Shown here one piece after another: positions 38,410 through 51,752 of a stretch of 64,000 nucleotides of DNA. The stretch covers positions 9,982,001 to 10,046,000 of the forward strand of contig OU015566.1 of the NCBI GenBank assembly GCA_907165135.1, read 5' to 3'. A program made the position numbers and the translations under genes. This DNA comes from Oikopleura dioica (Eukaryota; Animalia; Chordata). How positions within the stretch are numbered: position 1 is the first letter of the stretch; each line of letters starts with the position of its first letter. The notes below the pieces were generated by a model. It had not been told where the DNA came from. It saw nothing but the letters and a program-made list of their open reading frames with translations, and made no database searches.

Positions 38410-39728
38410 CTAGAACATCATGATGTCTTCTTTTTTATCGCCAGTTTCAGCGACAAATTCTGCCTCGTGATCGAGGCTTTGGAATCCTCTTTGAGCCATG
38501 AAACTGCACCAAAGTGAGATCAAGAACAAGGCGATAGAAATGACAATCATGTAAAACGACAGGCCCAGTTGTTCATTCTCGCAGACGTATCCCTGAGCAA
38601 AACTTGCCCAGAATGATGAACTAAAAATAATTCAAAGCTTCAAGATTTTTTTGGGGAAAAAATGACTTACATTCCGCCAAATTCGGGCAAGATACAGGTG
38701 CTTTCATAGGAAGGATCTTCGTATTGAATAGCGGTAAAATACAGTGTCAAAGTGAGGGCCATAGCGGTGACTTCGAAGATAATGGCAGCGGTGAACGATC
38801 CTGCCACAGCCCGAGTACTAAAATTTGCGATTTAAATTTTTTAGATATTGAATCAATCCTGACCTTAGATATTCAACAGTAGGCTTTGTCGCAGCATTGT
38901 ACGCCGAAACGACAAATGCGTACACCGCACAGACTAACCCCAAAATAATCATGGAAAGATTGGCCCACCAAAGACTCGAGTTGATGATAAAATCGATACT
39001 AGTATTTCCAGTACAAGAGCAGAGCATCGGATAGAGAGCATCTGGGTCACTTTCGGTGCACATGCTCAGGTCACCTAAACATGGTCAAAAATTATTCACG
39101 AGAAACTTGATTACATTTGATGGGCCAGTGGATCCAGGTTTTTTGTCTGTATTTATCTGATCCGCTCATAAGACCAATCGTTCTCGTTCCAATATCATCT
39201 GAGCTATTTCCTCTCTTGATGTCCATTTTGTAGACCTCTTCGTAGCCCAAACATGTGCAGATACAAGCGATTCCCGCAAGAGCCACTAAATAGGATCGTT
39301 ATTGATTTTTAGTGTCAATTTTACGGATTTATAGCCAGTGATTCTGAAGCTCCAATTTGTTTATCGATTTATCAATAACAATACTGATAATGATTGATAT
39401 CAACGAAGGAAATCGGTGAGCCCAATTCGGGTTTAAGAGCCGCATGTGCGGCTTTTCTTAGCGATTTAGGATTTTTCTTGAATCTAAGGATGTTTAAGAA
39501 GAGTTCTTTCCTAAGAATTGATTTACAAGGTACTCAATATCCAAATGGGCTAAGCGACAAAACCTCTTTAAATTTACGTTCCTCTTTAAAATATTTGACA
39601 CCTGTCAAACATTCAATATTTACCCATCACCTCTGAAGATGGGACCCTAACCCCTTAATTTCTTTATGAGTCGGTCATTACTTACGCAGGGCCGCTAGAA
39701 TGAACCATCTTCTGTTGTACGCCTTCAT
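38410..39728 (-). CDS. Clarin-family tetraspan membrane protein, five exons
   Basis: MKAYNRRWFILAAL|LALAGIACICTCLG..., IGLMSG loop motif, clarin hallmark SAYNAATKP, four TM segments, phase-consistent GT-AG introns. Confidence 0.75.
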
Positions 39729-39984
39729 TAATTCTTTCTGTTCAACTCTGTTCGTAAATGGTCGATAGCGATTTTTCCCTCGTCACTTGGCGAATATTTG
39801 GTCAGAAAGACGGCCAATCTGATGCTAGTCTGGAATGTTTGGACTACTTTTCGTTGCAAGGGCTTGTTTGCCCTTTACTCGCGTGTTCTGTTTGTGCACA
39901 CTACTCATTCTCTAAAGACTCTTCTACTTCAGAAGTTTTTTCCTCTTTGCTTTCTTTTCTTTGCTTTTCTCTTTTGAAAAATTG

Positions 39985-40085
39985 AGTTAGCGAACGCGCG
40001 CGGCGAAAATTGCGCCAACCCCGCGCCAGACGACCAATCAAATCGCCCGCCTTATTCTTCCTTGTCCCCTGGGGCGGAGGATGCG
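39985..40085. promoter_or_regulatory. GC-rich probable bidirectional promoter (clarin-NUP35 and MORN2)
   Basis: CpG-rich island between divergent genes with E2F-like GCGGCGAAAA and a CCAAT box. Confidence 0.5.
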
Positions 40086-40215
40086 CATTTTTCGGAATAA
40101 CGCCTAAAATTTTAATAAATTTCGGTATATTTTTGCTGAAATACCAAAATTTTCAAAAATAAATAATTTCTTGCATAACTTTTAATTAAGTAATAATGAT
40201 TATTATATATTTAGA

Positions 40216-40869
40216 ATGGCTGACGAGCCCGAAGTCTCAATCCAGGCTGAACCCACTCCACTTGTCGGCAGCTTCGTATTTCCCAATGGCGACACTTATA
40301 AAGGCCAGTACTGGTAAGCCCAATTTCCTTATTTGCTCGAATTTCCTTATCGACTACAGTAACGTCAGTTTACTGTGCTCTTGACATACTTTCTATTTGC
40401 AAAAATGTTGCTCAAATACTTTATTAGCACCGGCGAAAATGGCATAAAACGACATGGGAAGGGCAAGTGGGTCTCTTCATCTGTGAGTTGTTTACTCAGC
40501 TTACTGTAATTTCTTTGATTATCTAGGGCTACGAATACGAAGGCGACTGGGAGGAAGATGTCATTCAGGGAAGTGGGACAATGATTCTTCCAGACGGTTC
40601 AAAATACAGCGGAACCTTTGAAGCTGGGAAATATCAGGGACGAGGTAGGATTAAACCTTTTCAAACAAAAATCATTATTTCTGAAATTTTCAGGAACGCT
40701 GACCTGGAAAGACGGAAGCAGCTATTCAGGTCCATTCATCCAAAACAAGCCCAACGGAGATGGAATCTTCACCGATGGCCAAAACAAACAGCAATGGGTT
40801 GGAAAGTTTGGCCCTCGAGGAGCACTCCAGCTCAGACATTTGCTCCAGATTCCTCCCTCTGATGAATAA
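40216..40869 (+). CDS. MORN2: MORN repeat-containing protein 2, four exons
   Basis: FVFPNGDTYKGQY, RHGKG, YEYEGDWEEDVIQGSG, DGSKYSGTFEAGKYQGRG, FTDGQNKQQWVGKF, LQLRHLL: MORN repeats with MORN2-like ends. Confidence 0.8.
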
Positions 40870-40980
40870 CTTTTTCTTATATTTTCGATTACTGATATTA
40901 AAGTTTATTTTCATACATTTATCTTGTCGTAAATGCAAAAAAATACAATTGTATATATATAAAAATACAATTGACATTTG

Positions 40981-41622
40981 ATGACATCTCTGGTGCTGCC
41001 TGAATGGAATTTGCCAGCAGGCACAACTTTTCAAGATAATAACTGTTATTTAGGATGCCTTTTTTGTGACTTGAAAAGGAAAATTGGCCGAATAAAGGGA
41101 ATGTTTATTGGGCTTGTGAGAGTTTTATTACGTCCTGAATTTGATATAATTGTATCGGTTGACTGAAGCTAAAGAATTGGAGTTAGTCAAAATTGACAAG
41201 AAGACTGATGCTACACGGCCACATTTGAGAAAATATCGAATTTATCGATTTCAGAAAAAAAAAACGCGCAAAGCTTTAGCAAAATTGCGAAAAAAATATT
41301 TTACACATGAAGACTCGACGATTTATTGTACAGGATACTTTGAGTAAGAAGATATGCACACGTCAACTTCTAAAGGTAAGAAATTTGCATGGGAGGTTAT
41401 GCAAACGATGCAGATGAGAGAGGCACAGTGTAGATCACAGATCTGAGATATTGAATTTTGATAAAAACAGGTGTCAAGCTGGGAACAATCAGCGCACTTG
41501 AAAAGTTTCCCATATGGCTTTCTTGGGATCTAATCCGCAAGCTGGTGACCCCGGGCTTATTTACGCTCTGTGCCCATTTTTCCCGGACAGACACAAAAAG
41601 TGAATATTTGGAAAGTAAATAA
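40981..41622 (+). CDS. Possible small multi-exon orphan gene; structure unresolved
   Basis: Short coding-like blocks with splice signals (DTLSKKICTRQLLK|gtaag; KLGTISALEKFPIWLSWDLIRKLVTPG). Phases not fully reconciled. Confidence 0.25.
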
Positions 41623-41680
41623 TCGCGCATTTTCATATCATTTTTCGACAAATTTTAAACACAGGAAATTCTTTGCCAAT

Positions 41681-43896
41681 ATGGGCGGTGTTGGCCCACC
41701 CCTTCTCGAGAGAAAAAATAACCTCATCCTTGCTACTTTTGAAAACGACAAAAATCCAAATGAAGCGACGATCGCTGCATTAGCAAATGTCCTTCATATC
41801 ACTGAGAGAAGAGTCAAAGTAGAGTTTGCAAGACTCAGGGCAAACAGTAAAAAAGAACAATTTAGAAATGTCCTCAAGGTAAATATAAGTCGCCAATAGA
41901 ATCAAACGGGTTCCAAGCCTCGGGGTCTTAATTCAACGATGCTTCTTTTTCTCAACTTTTATTTTAGAGCTTGAACTCAACTCTACCACCAGGAAAACCA
42001 TCTGCTCAGAAAACTTCCAATCCAAATCCTCAAAAACGTACATCACCAAGACAAGCTTCTACGCGAAATCCATCACCACTGGCGCAGTCAACACCAAAGA
42101 TTAACGTGAAGCAAGAAATCATGGCCGAGGAACCCGTTGTGAGATCAAGATCAATCTTCGGTATTGACGATATGAAGGTGTTGACGAAGAACTATGCCAA
42201 GAATCAATGTCCAAGTGCCAAGAAAATCGACAAGATTGCGAAGAAACTGGACAAAACTCCTACCCAAATCAAGAATTGGTTCGCTCGACGCCGGTCTGGT
42301 TCGATCAAATCTTTGCCTTCTGAGCCTATCACCACGCGATTCAAACGAGAAAGAGAAGAATCTCCAGTGAAAACTGAAGCACCCGATGACTATTGTGAGC
42401 AAAGAACGAAGAGAGCCTGCCGAAGATCTCCAATTATTCTTCGAGATGATTCCGGTTCCGAAGACGACATCGACACACCGCTCGAAGTCGTTGAAGAAGA
42501 ACAAGACTCACCAGACAAGAAAACTCTGAAGTACACTGTCGAAAACATCAGCCCAAATGACGCTGGCTTCTACCTCGATCGTCAAGCTAGCAATGAGCTA
42601 TTTAGTCAAATATGGAAGATTGAAAATAAACTGCCTCTGAAAGCTCTTGAGTATCTCTCAATGCGATCTGGTAGGACGGTCAGTGCAGTCAGGACTTGGT
42701 TCCATCAAAAAACGAAGAAGGAAAAAGCTACTAACTCAATCATCAAACCGACTCAGACAATCAAAATCAACGAGAAAGTTATCAAGCAAGCTGAGAGTCT
42801 TCGTTCTGCTACAAGCGATTTTGCCACTGTCAGGAATATAAGTCCAAACGACAATGGATTCTACCTCAATCATGCTGCTACTAAAAATTTCTTCTATGAA
42901 ATCTGGAAAACAGAACCAGAACCACCGATAGAAACATTGCGATTTCTTGCAATGCGATCAGAAAAATCCGTTCCTGCTGTTCGACTTCACTTTCAACGTC
43001 TGACGAAGCAACACAAGTGGGAGCAGTACAAAATGAACAATGTCCGAATTTACATGCCAGCGGACAAATGCTACAAAGTGATCCAAATCGGAGGGGAAGA
43101 ATTCAACGAATCAAGTGACCACGAAGATGAATCTCCTCACTCCAACCCACCAAGCCAGACCATCGAATCTGATAAAGAGAACGAGAAAGAAAGCACACCT
43201 TCTGAAGCTGCTATCACAACCCTTCCAAAGTCACAGGAGAGAACTCTTCCAGATGAAAAGACAACTGACTCGCAGATTGAAGAAGGAGAGCCATCAATTG
43301 CTGAAAAATTCAGAGATTCGACAAAACTTCATGAAGAGTCACCAGTTTCTGTGGATCATTCTTTTGCCATCTCGAAAATCATCGAAAAAGCGCTCACAGA
43401 ACAGCCAAAAACAGCGAAAAATGATGACTTGTCCGTGTTGGAGATCCTGGAGCTTTCAAGTTCTGATGATGAAGCCAAAAGCCCAATCGAAGTTTTCTCT
43501 GAAAATGAGAATTCCCTTGAGGCGAAGAAGGATGATTCTACTGAAGAGCTTTCGGATCCTACTGATGCTGAGGCGGCTAAGCCTGAATGCGATGGTGAAA
43601 AGGACAATCTTCCGTTAGAAAATCCCGAACAAAACGATGTCGAGCCTTCGTCAACCTCAACAGACTCCAAGAAGCCTGACGCTGCCCTCGAAAAAACACT
43701 GCCAAAGGTTGACAATGCAACAGCAGAGGAAGAATCTGACGACGAATATGAAATTATCACCACTCAACACACTGCTTTGCCTATCTGTCACAAATACGCT
43801 AGCTCTGTACTCAAAGATGGACAAGTAATCATTCCGCACGATTCGCCTATACTTATTCAACTGTATGAACGTTCTTCTGTCGAAGATCTTTTGTAA
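41681..43896 (+). CDS. Orphan protein of 708 aa with four divergent homeodomain-like repeats and an acidic tail
   Basis: Exons 41681-41878 and 41968-43896 (phase 0, GT-AG). Helix-3-like motifs RRVKVEFARLRA, TQIKNWFARRRS, SAVRTWFHQKTK and PAVRLHFQRLTK, each preceded by helix-1/Pro/LA-type spacing. Confidence 0.8.
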
Positions 43897-43970
43897 AATA
43901 TTGTGAATAAAAACCATCAAACATTTCTGAATTGTTTGTTCGACTTGAAATCAAGGAAGACTTGCGCATC

Positions 43971-44000
43971 GTGACGTCACAGATGGCGCTCTGGCCAATC
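43971..44000 (+). promoter_or_regulatory. Promoter motif cluster upstream of KIN17
   Basis: Palindromic GTGACGTCAC (CRE), then AGATGGCG (YY1-like) and CCAAT within 30 bp. Confidence 0.5.
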
Positions 44001-44127
44001 AAGATTCGTTCTGGAAAGTCGAAAAAGAGGTTATTCTGCGGAATAAAGCTTGTTGTTCTTTAATTCTTTGAGTCTTTTAGATAAATTTTATTTCTAAAGA
44101 GTTCCATTTTTTAGAAATCAGTAAAAA

Positions 44128-45431
44128 ATGCCGAAAGCCGAGCGAGGCACACCAAAAGACATCGCCAATCGCCAGAAGGCAAAGGGCCTTCAAAAACTTC
44201 GATGGTACTGTCAAATGTGCGAGAAACAGTGCCGAGATGAAAACGGTTTCAAATGTCACATCATGTCCGAATCTCATCAGAGACAGCTTCTTCTTTGCGC
44301 TCAGAATCCAAACAAATTCCAGGTCCGAGTCGCTTTCCCTATCGTTTGTTTCAATCAAGACTTAGGATAAATTCTCAAAAACCTTTCTCGACGACTTTCT
44401 CTATCTTCTCAAGCGTCGATGGGGCACGAAACGAGTCTGGAACAATACAGTTTACAATGAGTACATCATGGATCGACACCACATTCACATGAACGCGACA
44501 AGATGGCTGACGCTTTCTGAATTTACAGAGTGGCTCGGAAAAGAAGGATACGCAGAAGTCGACTATCAGGTTTTCAGAGACTTTGAAAGCTTTGTTCAAC
44601 CCTTTCTAGGATGGAAAAGGCTGGTTCTTGGCCTATATCGATAGAGATCCGCAAACCCTCGCGAGAAAGAAGGAAATTGAAAAGATGCTCAGAAAACAAG
44701 ACCGAGAAGAAGACGAGCAACGGATCAAAATCGACATGCTCATCCGTGAGGGGAAAATGAAAGAAGCTCGAGAAGAAGCCTATCTAAAAGTAATCTCTCT
44801 TTTCAATTATCGTCATTTCATCGTCTTTCAGGAGCAACGTGAGCGCATGCAAGCCACCGGTGAAGCTTTAGATGGTCCTCTAGCGAAGAAACCTAAATTT
44901 GGAGAAGACAAAAAGACTGTCAAAATTGCTTCGATAGAAATCAAGTCTCATCAAACCTTGAAAACTTTGCAAAAACCGCCTCGATGGGTTCAAGTTGGAG
45001 CGGTCGTAAAAGGCAAATATTTAATAAAAACGATAATTGGATAAATTGGTAATTTAGTGAAGTCAAAGTCGATCCCAGAATTCGAGAAACAAAAAGGCTT
45101 CGTCAAAGAAGTTAACGGTCATAAAGCCGTTATTCAGCACCTAAAGCTTCCGAAAATGAAGGCTCAATTCCACGAAGACGACCTAGAAACAGTCATTCCA
45201 CAGGTTGGAAGAGAAGTCATTGTCATGAAAGGCGACCTGGCGAAACGAACTGGAACTCTGAAGGAAATCCGACAGAAGGAATTCTGCGTCCTGGTCGAGG
45301 TGAAGCTGACTGAGGATGAAACGACAGAAGCATTTTTCAAATTTGATGAAATCTCGAAGAAACACGAGAAAAAGAAAAAAGAAGAAGAGAAGGTCCAAGT
45401 TGTTCCGATAGAATCTGTTATCAACTCGTGA
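44128..45431 (+). CDS. KIN: DNA/RNA-binding protein KIN17, five exons
   Basis: KAKGLQKLRWYCQMCEKQCRDENGFKCH zinc finger, HIHMNATRWLTLSEFTEWLG, GWFLAYIDRDP, and C-terminal DDLETVIPQVGREVIVMKG KOW/SH3-like region. Confidence 0.97.
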
Positions 45432-45578
45432 AGGTTAAGCTAATAGTAGCGACTGACGATTAAATTATATTCAGCCAAGCCAACACCATCTTCATCATTC
45501 TTCAAAGCTTTCCTGTTCCACTTAAAATCACTTTCTGTACTATTCATTTCTACAGTCTCCCTTATGATCTGTTTTAGA

Positions 45579-48500
45579 ATGCGGTTGATATCGTTTCTGC
45601 CCTTTTTTGGGTTAATCTCTGCCCTGTACGAAGATCAAGTCGGAAAGGTCGACTGGAAGCTCGACGTTCTCGGGTCCCCCAAACTCGCTGCCTTCGACGA
45701 CGCAAATGCTCAAGCAGATGCGATTGCGCTCTACACGGAGCAGAACATTCTCGCCAGTGTTTCAGCTCTCGATGGATCGGTAAATCAACCCATCCTTCAT
45801 TTTTTCCTCTTATTCTTTTCCTCAGGTCTTATGGAAGAAAACTATGCCAGTTTCAGAGAGGGTTGAATACCTCTTCTACGCGAACAAACTCATCGTTTCT
45901 ATTTCTTCTGGTGGAATTGCTCGTTATTGGGTCCCGGAATCAGGAGCTCTTTTCCGAGAGGTAACACACTTACAAATGAATATTTTTTCAAGACGTATTT
46001 TAGTTTTATACATCTAGTCCATCCTCATTGACTGATTGCGTGAGATTGTTCTCCAAGAGCATAATCATTTGTGCCAAGAACAACGAAGTAGGAGAGAGCG
46101 ACCTGGTGATTTTCCGCGAACGAAAACCGCTTTCAGAAACTAAGGCTTCGATTTTGGTCCAGGCAATTATCACCAACGAAGGTACATGTTATTGAGATCA
46201 TGTTATTCTTGATCTATTTCATTCAACTTTTACCAAATCTATCATGAACATCTTCAGAAAATAATCTTGCCTATCTCATTGGAAAGAATGCGCAAAGCGA
46301 ACTCGTCCTTGAAACCCTTAACATTGATGATCTCTCTACCGAACCTGTCAAAGTCCTATCCAAAGAGAGCATCTCTATTGGAGAATTCGCCCTTGTTTCC
46401 GACGGCCGAGTTGTCTTCACTGATGAAAATGCAAAGACTACCTCTATCAATCTCAAAGAAGCAACCGTCGAAGATATTTCTGCTGCTGCAAACTGCAAGG
46501 TCATCACACACGCGCAGAAAGAATTAAGATACGCTCCAGATCAATTCTATGGCCATTGCGGTAGCATTGTTCGATCAGAAAGTGGCGAGGTCCTGGATGA
46601 CACAACTAGAATGGAAGTCTTTCCCTCTCGCCTTGGCATTTTCACTGCCAGTCTTGATACGCAAAACCGATGGACGTTTACTGCTGAAGATGGAAAGAAA
46701 ACAAAGTCGCTTTCTTTCGGTGGCGCTAGAAAGATTGACTCTCTTTGGGTGAAATCCTACAATTGGAAGAACAAAAATCATCTTCAGATCCTCGCATTTT
46801 CAGAAGACGGAACCGTTTCCTTCGCTAAATCATCTTCAGAAGCGTCCACTGTTTCTTGGACTCGAGAAGAATCTCTAGCATCCATCTCACAGGTTCAAAT
46901 CTTCGATCTTCCTCCAGAAGACGCCCTTCTTGAAGACCCATCAGAGTGGAGCTTCACTCGACGAGTTCAAATCCAGCTCGCTCTTTTCCAGACCTATCTT
47001 GCTCAATTATCAGACAAAATTAAATCAGGTCGACTTTTTGAAAAGAAAATTGGCGATCCTTTGGTCAGTACTTCTGAGCTCATTCGCGATCAATTCAATC
47101 TCCATAAGCTTATCTTCATCTTGACTAAAAATGGAAATATCTTCGGAATCGACTCGCTCAGCAAAGATATCATCTGGAAGAGATCCGTACCAGAACTCGA
47201 TTCTTGCAAGACTCAAGTGATCAAGGAAGCTGGAGCCCGGTTCAAGTCGAACATCTTCCTCGTCGGAAACTGTCAAAACGAAGTTCGATATTTCAGCGTT
47301 GATATCATGTCTGGAAGCGTTGAAGAACTGAACTCTGCTTTGCCAAAAAGTGATATTCTTCGAGTTGAGTCCCTCCGATCAGCGACTTCAAACAACCCAT
47401 CGCTATTGATTTTCAAGAAGCTAGACGTTGGCAAAATCGGCGTCGAGATTATCGGAGATGTTGACGCTGCTACAGCTGAAAAGTTGAAGCGTACGGCTTT
47501 CTGGCTCTACGATTCGACCTCGCAAGCGATTATCGGAGGAAAATTCCAAGTTGAAAACAAAGTTTTCGAGAATACTTGGACCTTCCAGATTCCAGCTTCA
47601 ATGACGATCTCTCAGGTTACTGCTGCTCCTGCTACTGATGTCATTCACTCACAAGGACGACCCCTTGCCGATCGATCGGTGATGGAAAAGTATCTGAATC
47701 CCAATTTGATCGCCGTTCTTGCTGAGTCGAAGGAAAAGACTGATCTGGAACAAATGTTTGTGAATGCATTCTTTTTGGACGGAGTTACAGGAGAGGTCAT
47801 TCACTCAAGTAATCATAAGCGAGCTCACGGACCGGCGAAAATCGTCCTGGCTGAAAATTGGGCGGTGTTTTCTTACTGGTCAGCAAAAATGTTCAGAACG
47901 GAGATAACTTCTGTTGAATTTTACAAGGAACGAGATTTGATTTCAGCTCATTGGAATAAATCAATTCTTAAGTTTTTCAATCTCGAAAACAGGGTACTGA
48001 CGATGGAAACGCAACTCACTGGGATTCTCTCTCCGCTTCAATCCCTGTTGCTATTCAAAAGTCATTCGTTAGCTCGGAGGAGATCTCCTCACTGTCTGTG
48101 ACTCAGTCACAAATGGGCATCACGAATAAAGCTGTGCTGATTGGAACTAAATCCGGAAAAATTGTCTCGCTACCTCGAGTCTTTCTTGATCCCCGTCGCC
48201 GACTCGTTCCAGCTCCAACCGATAGAGAGGAAGGAATCATGCCGTATCAGCCAGAGCTCCGATTTCCCCCGAATTTCGTGATCAGCTATTTCCAGAATCT
48301 TGGTCCAGTGAACGATTTCAAAGGTGCTTGATTTCGAAAAACACTTTTCCAATAGCATTTTAGTCGCGATTACTGGCCTTGAATCAACATGTACCGTTCT
48401 TGGCCTTACTGACACTGGCCTCTTCTGGACGAGAGTTCATCCTTCAGGAATGATTCAAAGAAATGACGTTTTTTTCCATTTTGTTGAACAAAATTTAAAT

Positions 48501-48640
48501 CATCAAAAGGCACATTCGATGTTCTCAAAGATGACTTTGACCACATGATGATTTCCGTTATTCTCATCGGCTTTGTCGGCGCCACGTACGCTTGCAAGAT
48601 GTTTGCGCAAATGAAAATGACCAACCGTCTTTGGCAATAA
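45579..48640 (+). CDS. EMC1: ER membrane protein complex subunit 1
   Basis: Signal peptide then ALYEDQVGKVDW, SQGRPLADRSVMEKYLNPNL, FFLDGVTG, ENWAVFSYW, LDPRR, EEGIMPYQPEL, TGLESTC, RVHPSGTFDVLKDDFDH, single TM, ending LWQ*. Confidence 0.96.
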
Positions 48641-48970
48641 ACAAATAAGTCAAGTTTGACTTTGATGCACATCTATAGAAAAATCAATTTTAGACCAATT
48701 CAATGTTTCCAATTTATGTTTGTCAAGTTCTGCATGTACACGATTAGCTTCAATAAATTTCTTCAATCAATAAAAATGACCGGCTTACCACAAAGTAAAT
48801 CCGTTCTGTAAATACAGTGACTAGCGGGGAGTAATTTGGGGTGCAAGCAAGTAAAAATGAAAGGCAAATAGTGATTGTCAACGCGAATTCATCCTGAATC
48901 TTAAATACATTTGCATTTCGTTTCGTGCAATTCGAAAAGGCCTTTTCCAACGAACTTGAGAACATAAGAG

Positions 48971-49810
48971 ATGAGCTCGAGCGAAGAAAATGTTCAAAAA
49001 TCTGGGTCACTGTATCCAGACTTAGTTCGTAGTCCTCAAGAGCAGTTTACTGAAAATGGCGCAGTTGAGAAGATCGACGAGACATTTCAGCAATCTGATG
49101 AAAAGGCAGACATTCCCGTGACAAGTCAGCCTACCCCCATAGAGGTTCCAATATCTCAGGACTTTGTAAGCGCCACAGAAGAACAAACCATTCTTCTTGA
49201 TTCTCAGAGAGATGAGAAACAAGGAGCGATAACTAAGCAACCAGGTTCAACTCCAAAGAAAACTGCTCCTCAATTCAGCTCAAAACTTTGTGGATGTTGC
49301 GAAGAAGATTTAATGTGTATGAAAGCACTTTGCCTCCCATGCGCCTCGGTGTATTCGATAGAGAAGGAACTCTCGAATGAGACAAAAGGAGCGTTTTAGG
49401 TTTTTATCATTTGTCCATTATTTTCGTAGCGAAGCCTATATCTCGTAAAAAGCAACCGCATGTGGGATCTCATACTTCCTTTTCGTGGGAATGTATTTGG
49501 CAGGTCAAGTTCTTTTATTCACTGGAGGACTCATGAGTGGAAATGTCATGGCATACACTGGCTGTTGCGTAAATTTATTCTTCAAGTTTTTCTTTTTATA
49601 AAAATTCAGGGTGGTGCTTGTCTTGTATGTTCACAACGGCGAACAATATCGAAGACGTACGGCATTAAATCGAACGCTTTTAGGTAAGAGACTCCTATAG
49701 TTTTTGGTTACTATTTATTCAGTGACTTCTGTATTTCATACTGCTGCGTTTGTTGCGCTCTGGTTCAACACGAGCGAGAAGTCAAATCTGGAAGAGAGAA
49801 GATTGTTTGA
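48971..49810 (+). CDS. PLAC8/cornifelin-family Cys-rich protein with long acidic N-terminus
   Basis: FSSKLCGCCEE..CMKALCLPC, RRTISKTYGI, DFCISYCCVCCALVQHEREV. Middle exon structure uncertain. Confidence 0.85.
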
Positions 49811-50052
49811 ACCTGACTAAGACAAAAAATCTGTACTCGAAATACGATAAATATATTCATTATATAATAAATTATTTCAATTGCACTGTATTTTGATAGA
49901 GAGTTACTAGTGCTAGAATTCGGAACATCGAGAGCGCCGGCGGGCAAATCCTTGTCGGCTTTGGTGAAGTTTTTCGAAACTGTTACTCCCCTCAACAGTT
50001 ATTCCGACCGTGAACCTTAACCCGTAGAGATCAAAGAACACTTGAGAAGAAA

Positions 50053-51612
50053 ATGAAGCTCAGTAAAAGAGGACCACTTAGTAATTTGAAGAGGAAGATA
50101 AAACGTCTACACGTTAACAGATCGCTAATGCTACTAATTTTGTTTATCTTCTTCTACTGCGAGTTCTTCTGCTACAAGGTAAGTTTTTGAGTGGATAATC
50201 GTTTTTTCTAAAGAAGCGTTTCAAGCTCCTCTCGCACGTTTCCTGGCCGAGGATACCCGAGATAAATCCCAAGGCAGTGAGGATGCTACTTGTCAGTGAC
50301 CCGCAATTACCCGGGCATATGAGTAATCCCACTTCTATCACCGCCGCCATTTCTAGGACCGTTCTCTCGACATTTGATTTTATACAGTAAACATTCGCGA
50401 TATAAACTGTATAATTCATACTAATGACGAAATACGAGAACCGCCAAAAGATCCGACATCGATCGTTACATCAAGTCTACATACCACGAAGCTCTCCACT
50501 ACACACAGGTAAAACTCGATCACCGAAAACCGCACTATGATTTTTTCTCAAGTAACTTCATTTTAGCCTGATGTAATCATCTTCCTTGGAGATCTACTCG
50601 ACGAAGGAAGCGTAGCTGGAGAACACGAATTCAAGTCGTACGTCAAAAGATTTTATAATGTGTTTGATATCAAAAAACATCACGAAGAAAGACATCACAT
50701 ATTTGTCCCTGGAGATAATGACATTGGCGGTGAAGGGTGGGACCGAGCGACTCCAGGAAAGATCGAAAAAACAGGCGAAAAATTGATTAAAGGAAATAAT
50801 TAGGCCTCGAGGAAATATTTGCGATCTGTCAAAAGAAAAGATCGAACGTTTCGAGTACGCGTTCCATGCACCGATCGAGGACGAAGAAGTGTTCAAATTC
50901 ATCACATTTGACAAGGCGAATATCATGCCAGGTGCGAAATCGCAACTCAAGCACGCCCAGCCGCAGAACCGAGGCGAGGCTTATCAGCAAACCGTCAAAA
51001 TTCTTCTATCGCATTTTCCTCTAACGGAACCAGATGCTCGCCGACCTCAGGTACAAATTTGCTATTTTCCTTCAACAAGATTTTAGGGCGACGAAATCGT
51101 TCGAAATTTCTCGCCGAATCTTATCTTTTCTGGCCACGAGCATCAGAGTTTCTTCCTACACGATGGAAACAAGCAGAAGTTCGAAATGCAGAAAGGCTAC
51201 GTCAATTTGAATATTCTTGACCATCAATCAGAGAAAGAAATGGTCCTGCCAAGTTGTAACTATAAAATGGGAGCAGCTGGTTTTGGCTTTGCTGTTTTGG
51301 GTAGGACTTGAAATTTGTTCTGAAAATCAAGGTTTTTAGAACAAAACGGAGCAATGTTTTATTCAATTCTTTGGCTTCCTCCAAGATCAAAAGTTCTCCT
51401 GATGTATTTGATCTTTATTCCAGTCATTCTCGTCCTCATAAATTTGGATAAAAGTAATAACAACCTTCTCGAAAACTTTAAACTCATATTTTAAAGCATT
51501 CCGGAACCAGAGCTTCTTCAGCTGGCTAATGGAAGGCGCAATTGAAGCCAAAGATGAAATAACGAAAAAATCAGTGTTCACGAAACGAGCACAACGCAAA
51601 TTCCGAGACTAG
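50053..51612 (+). CDS. MPPE1/Cdc1-like metallophosphoesterase with C-terminal TM
   Basis: MLLVSDPQL, DRYIK, PDVIIFLGDLLDEG, FVPGDNDIGGE, LIFSGHEH, LPSCNYKMG, ILWLPPRSKVLLMYLIF motifs. Confidence 0.85.
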
Positions 51613-51752
51613 GAAACAAAACTGCCTGCACGTGTATTATTCAATATTATATCTTACAAATGTATAAATAAAATAAACTGCCAATTAATCAGAAGTCTGA
51701 GTTTTTTTTCTATAATTTGACGAATCGATGTGTGGCGCGAGAGAGCGCGCTC

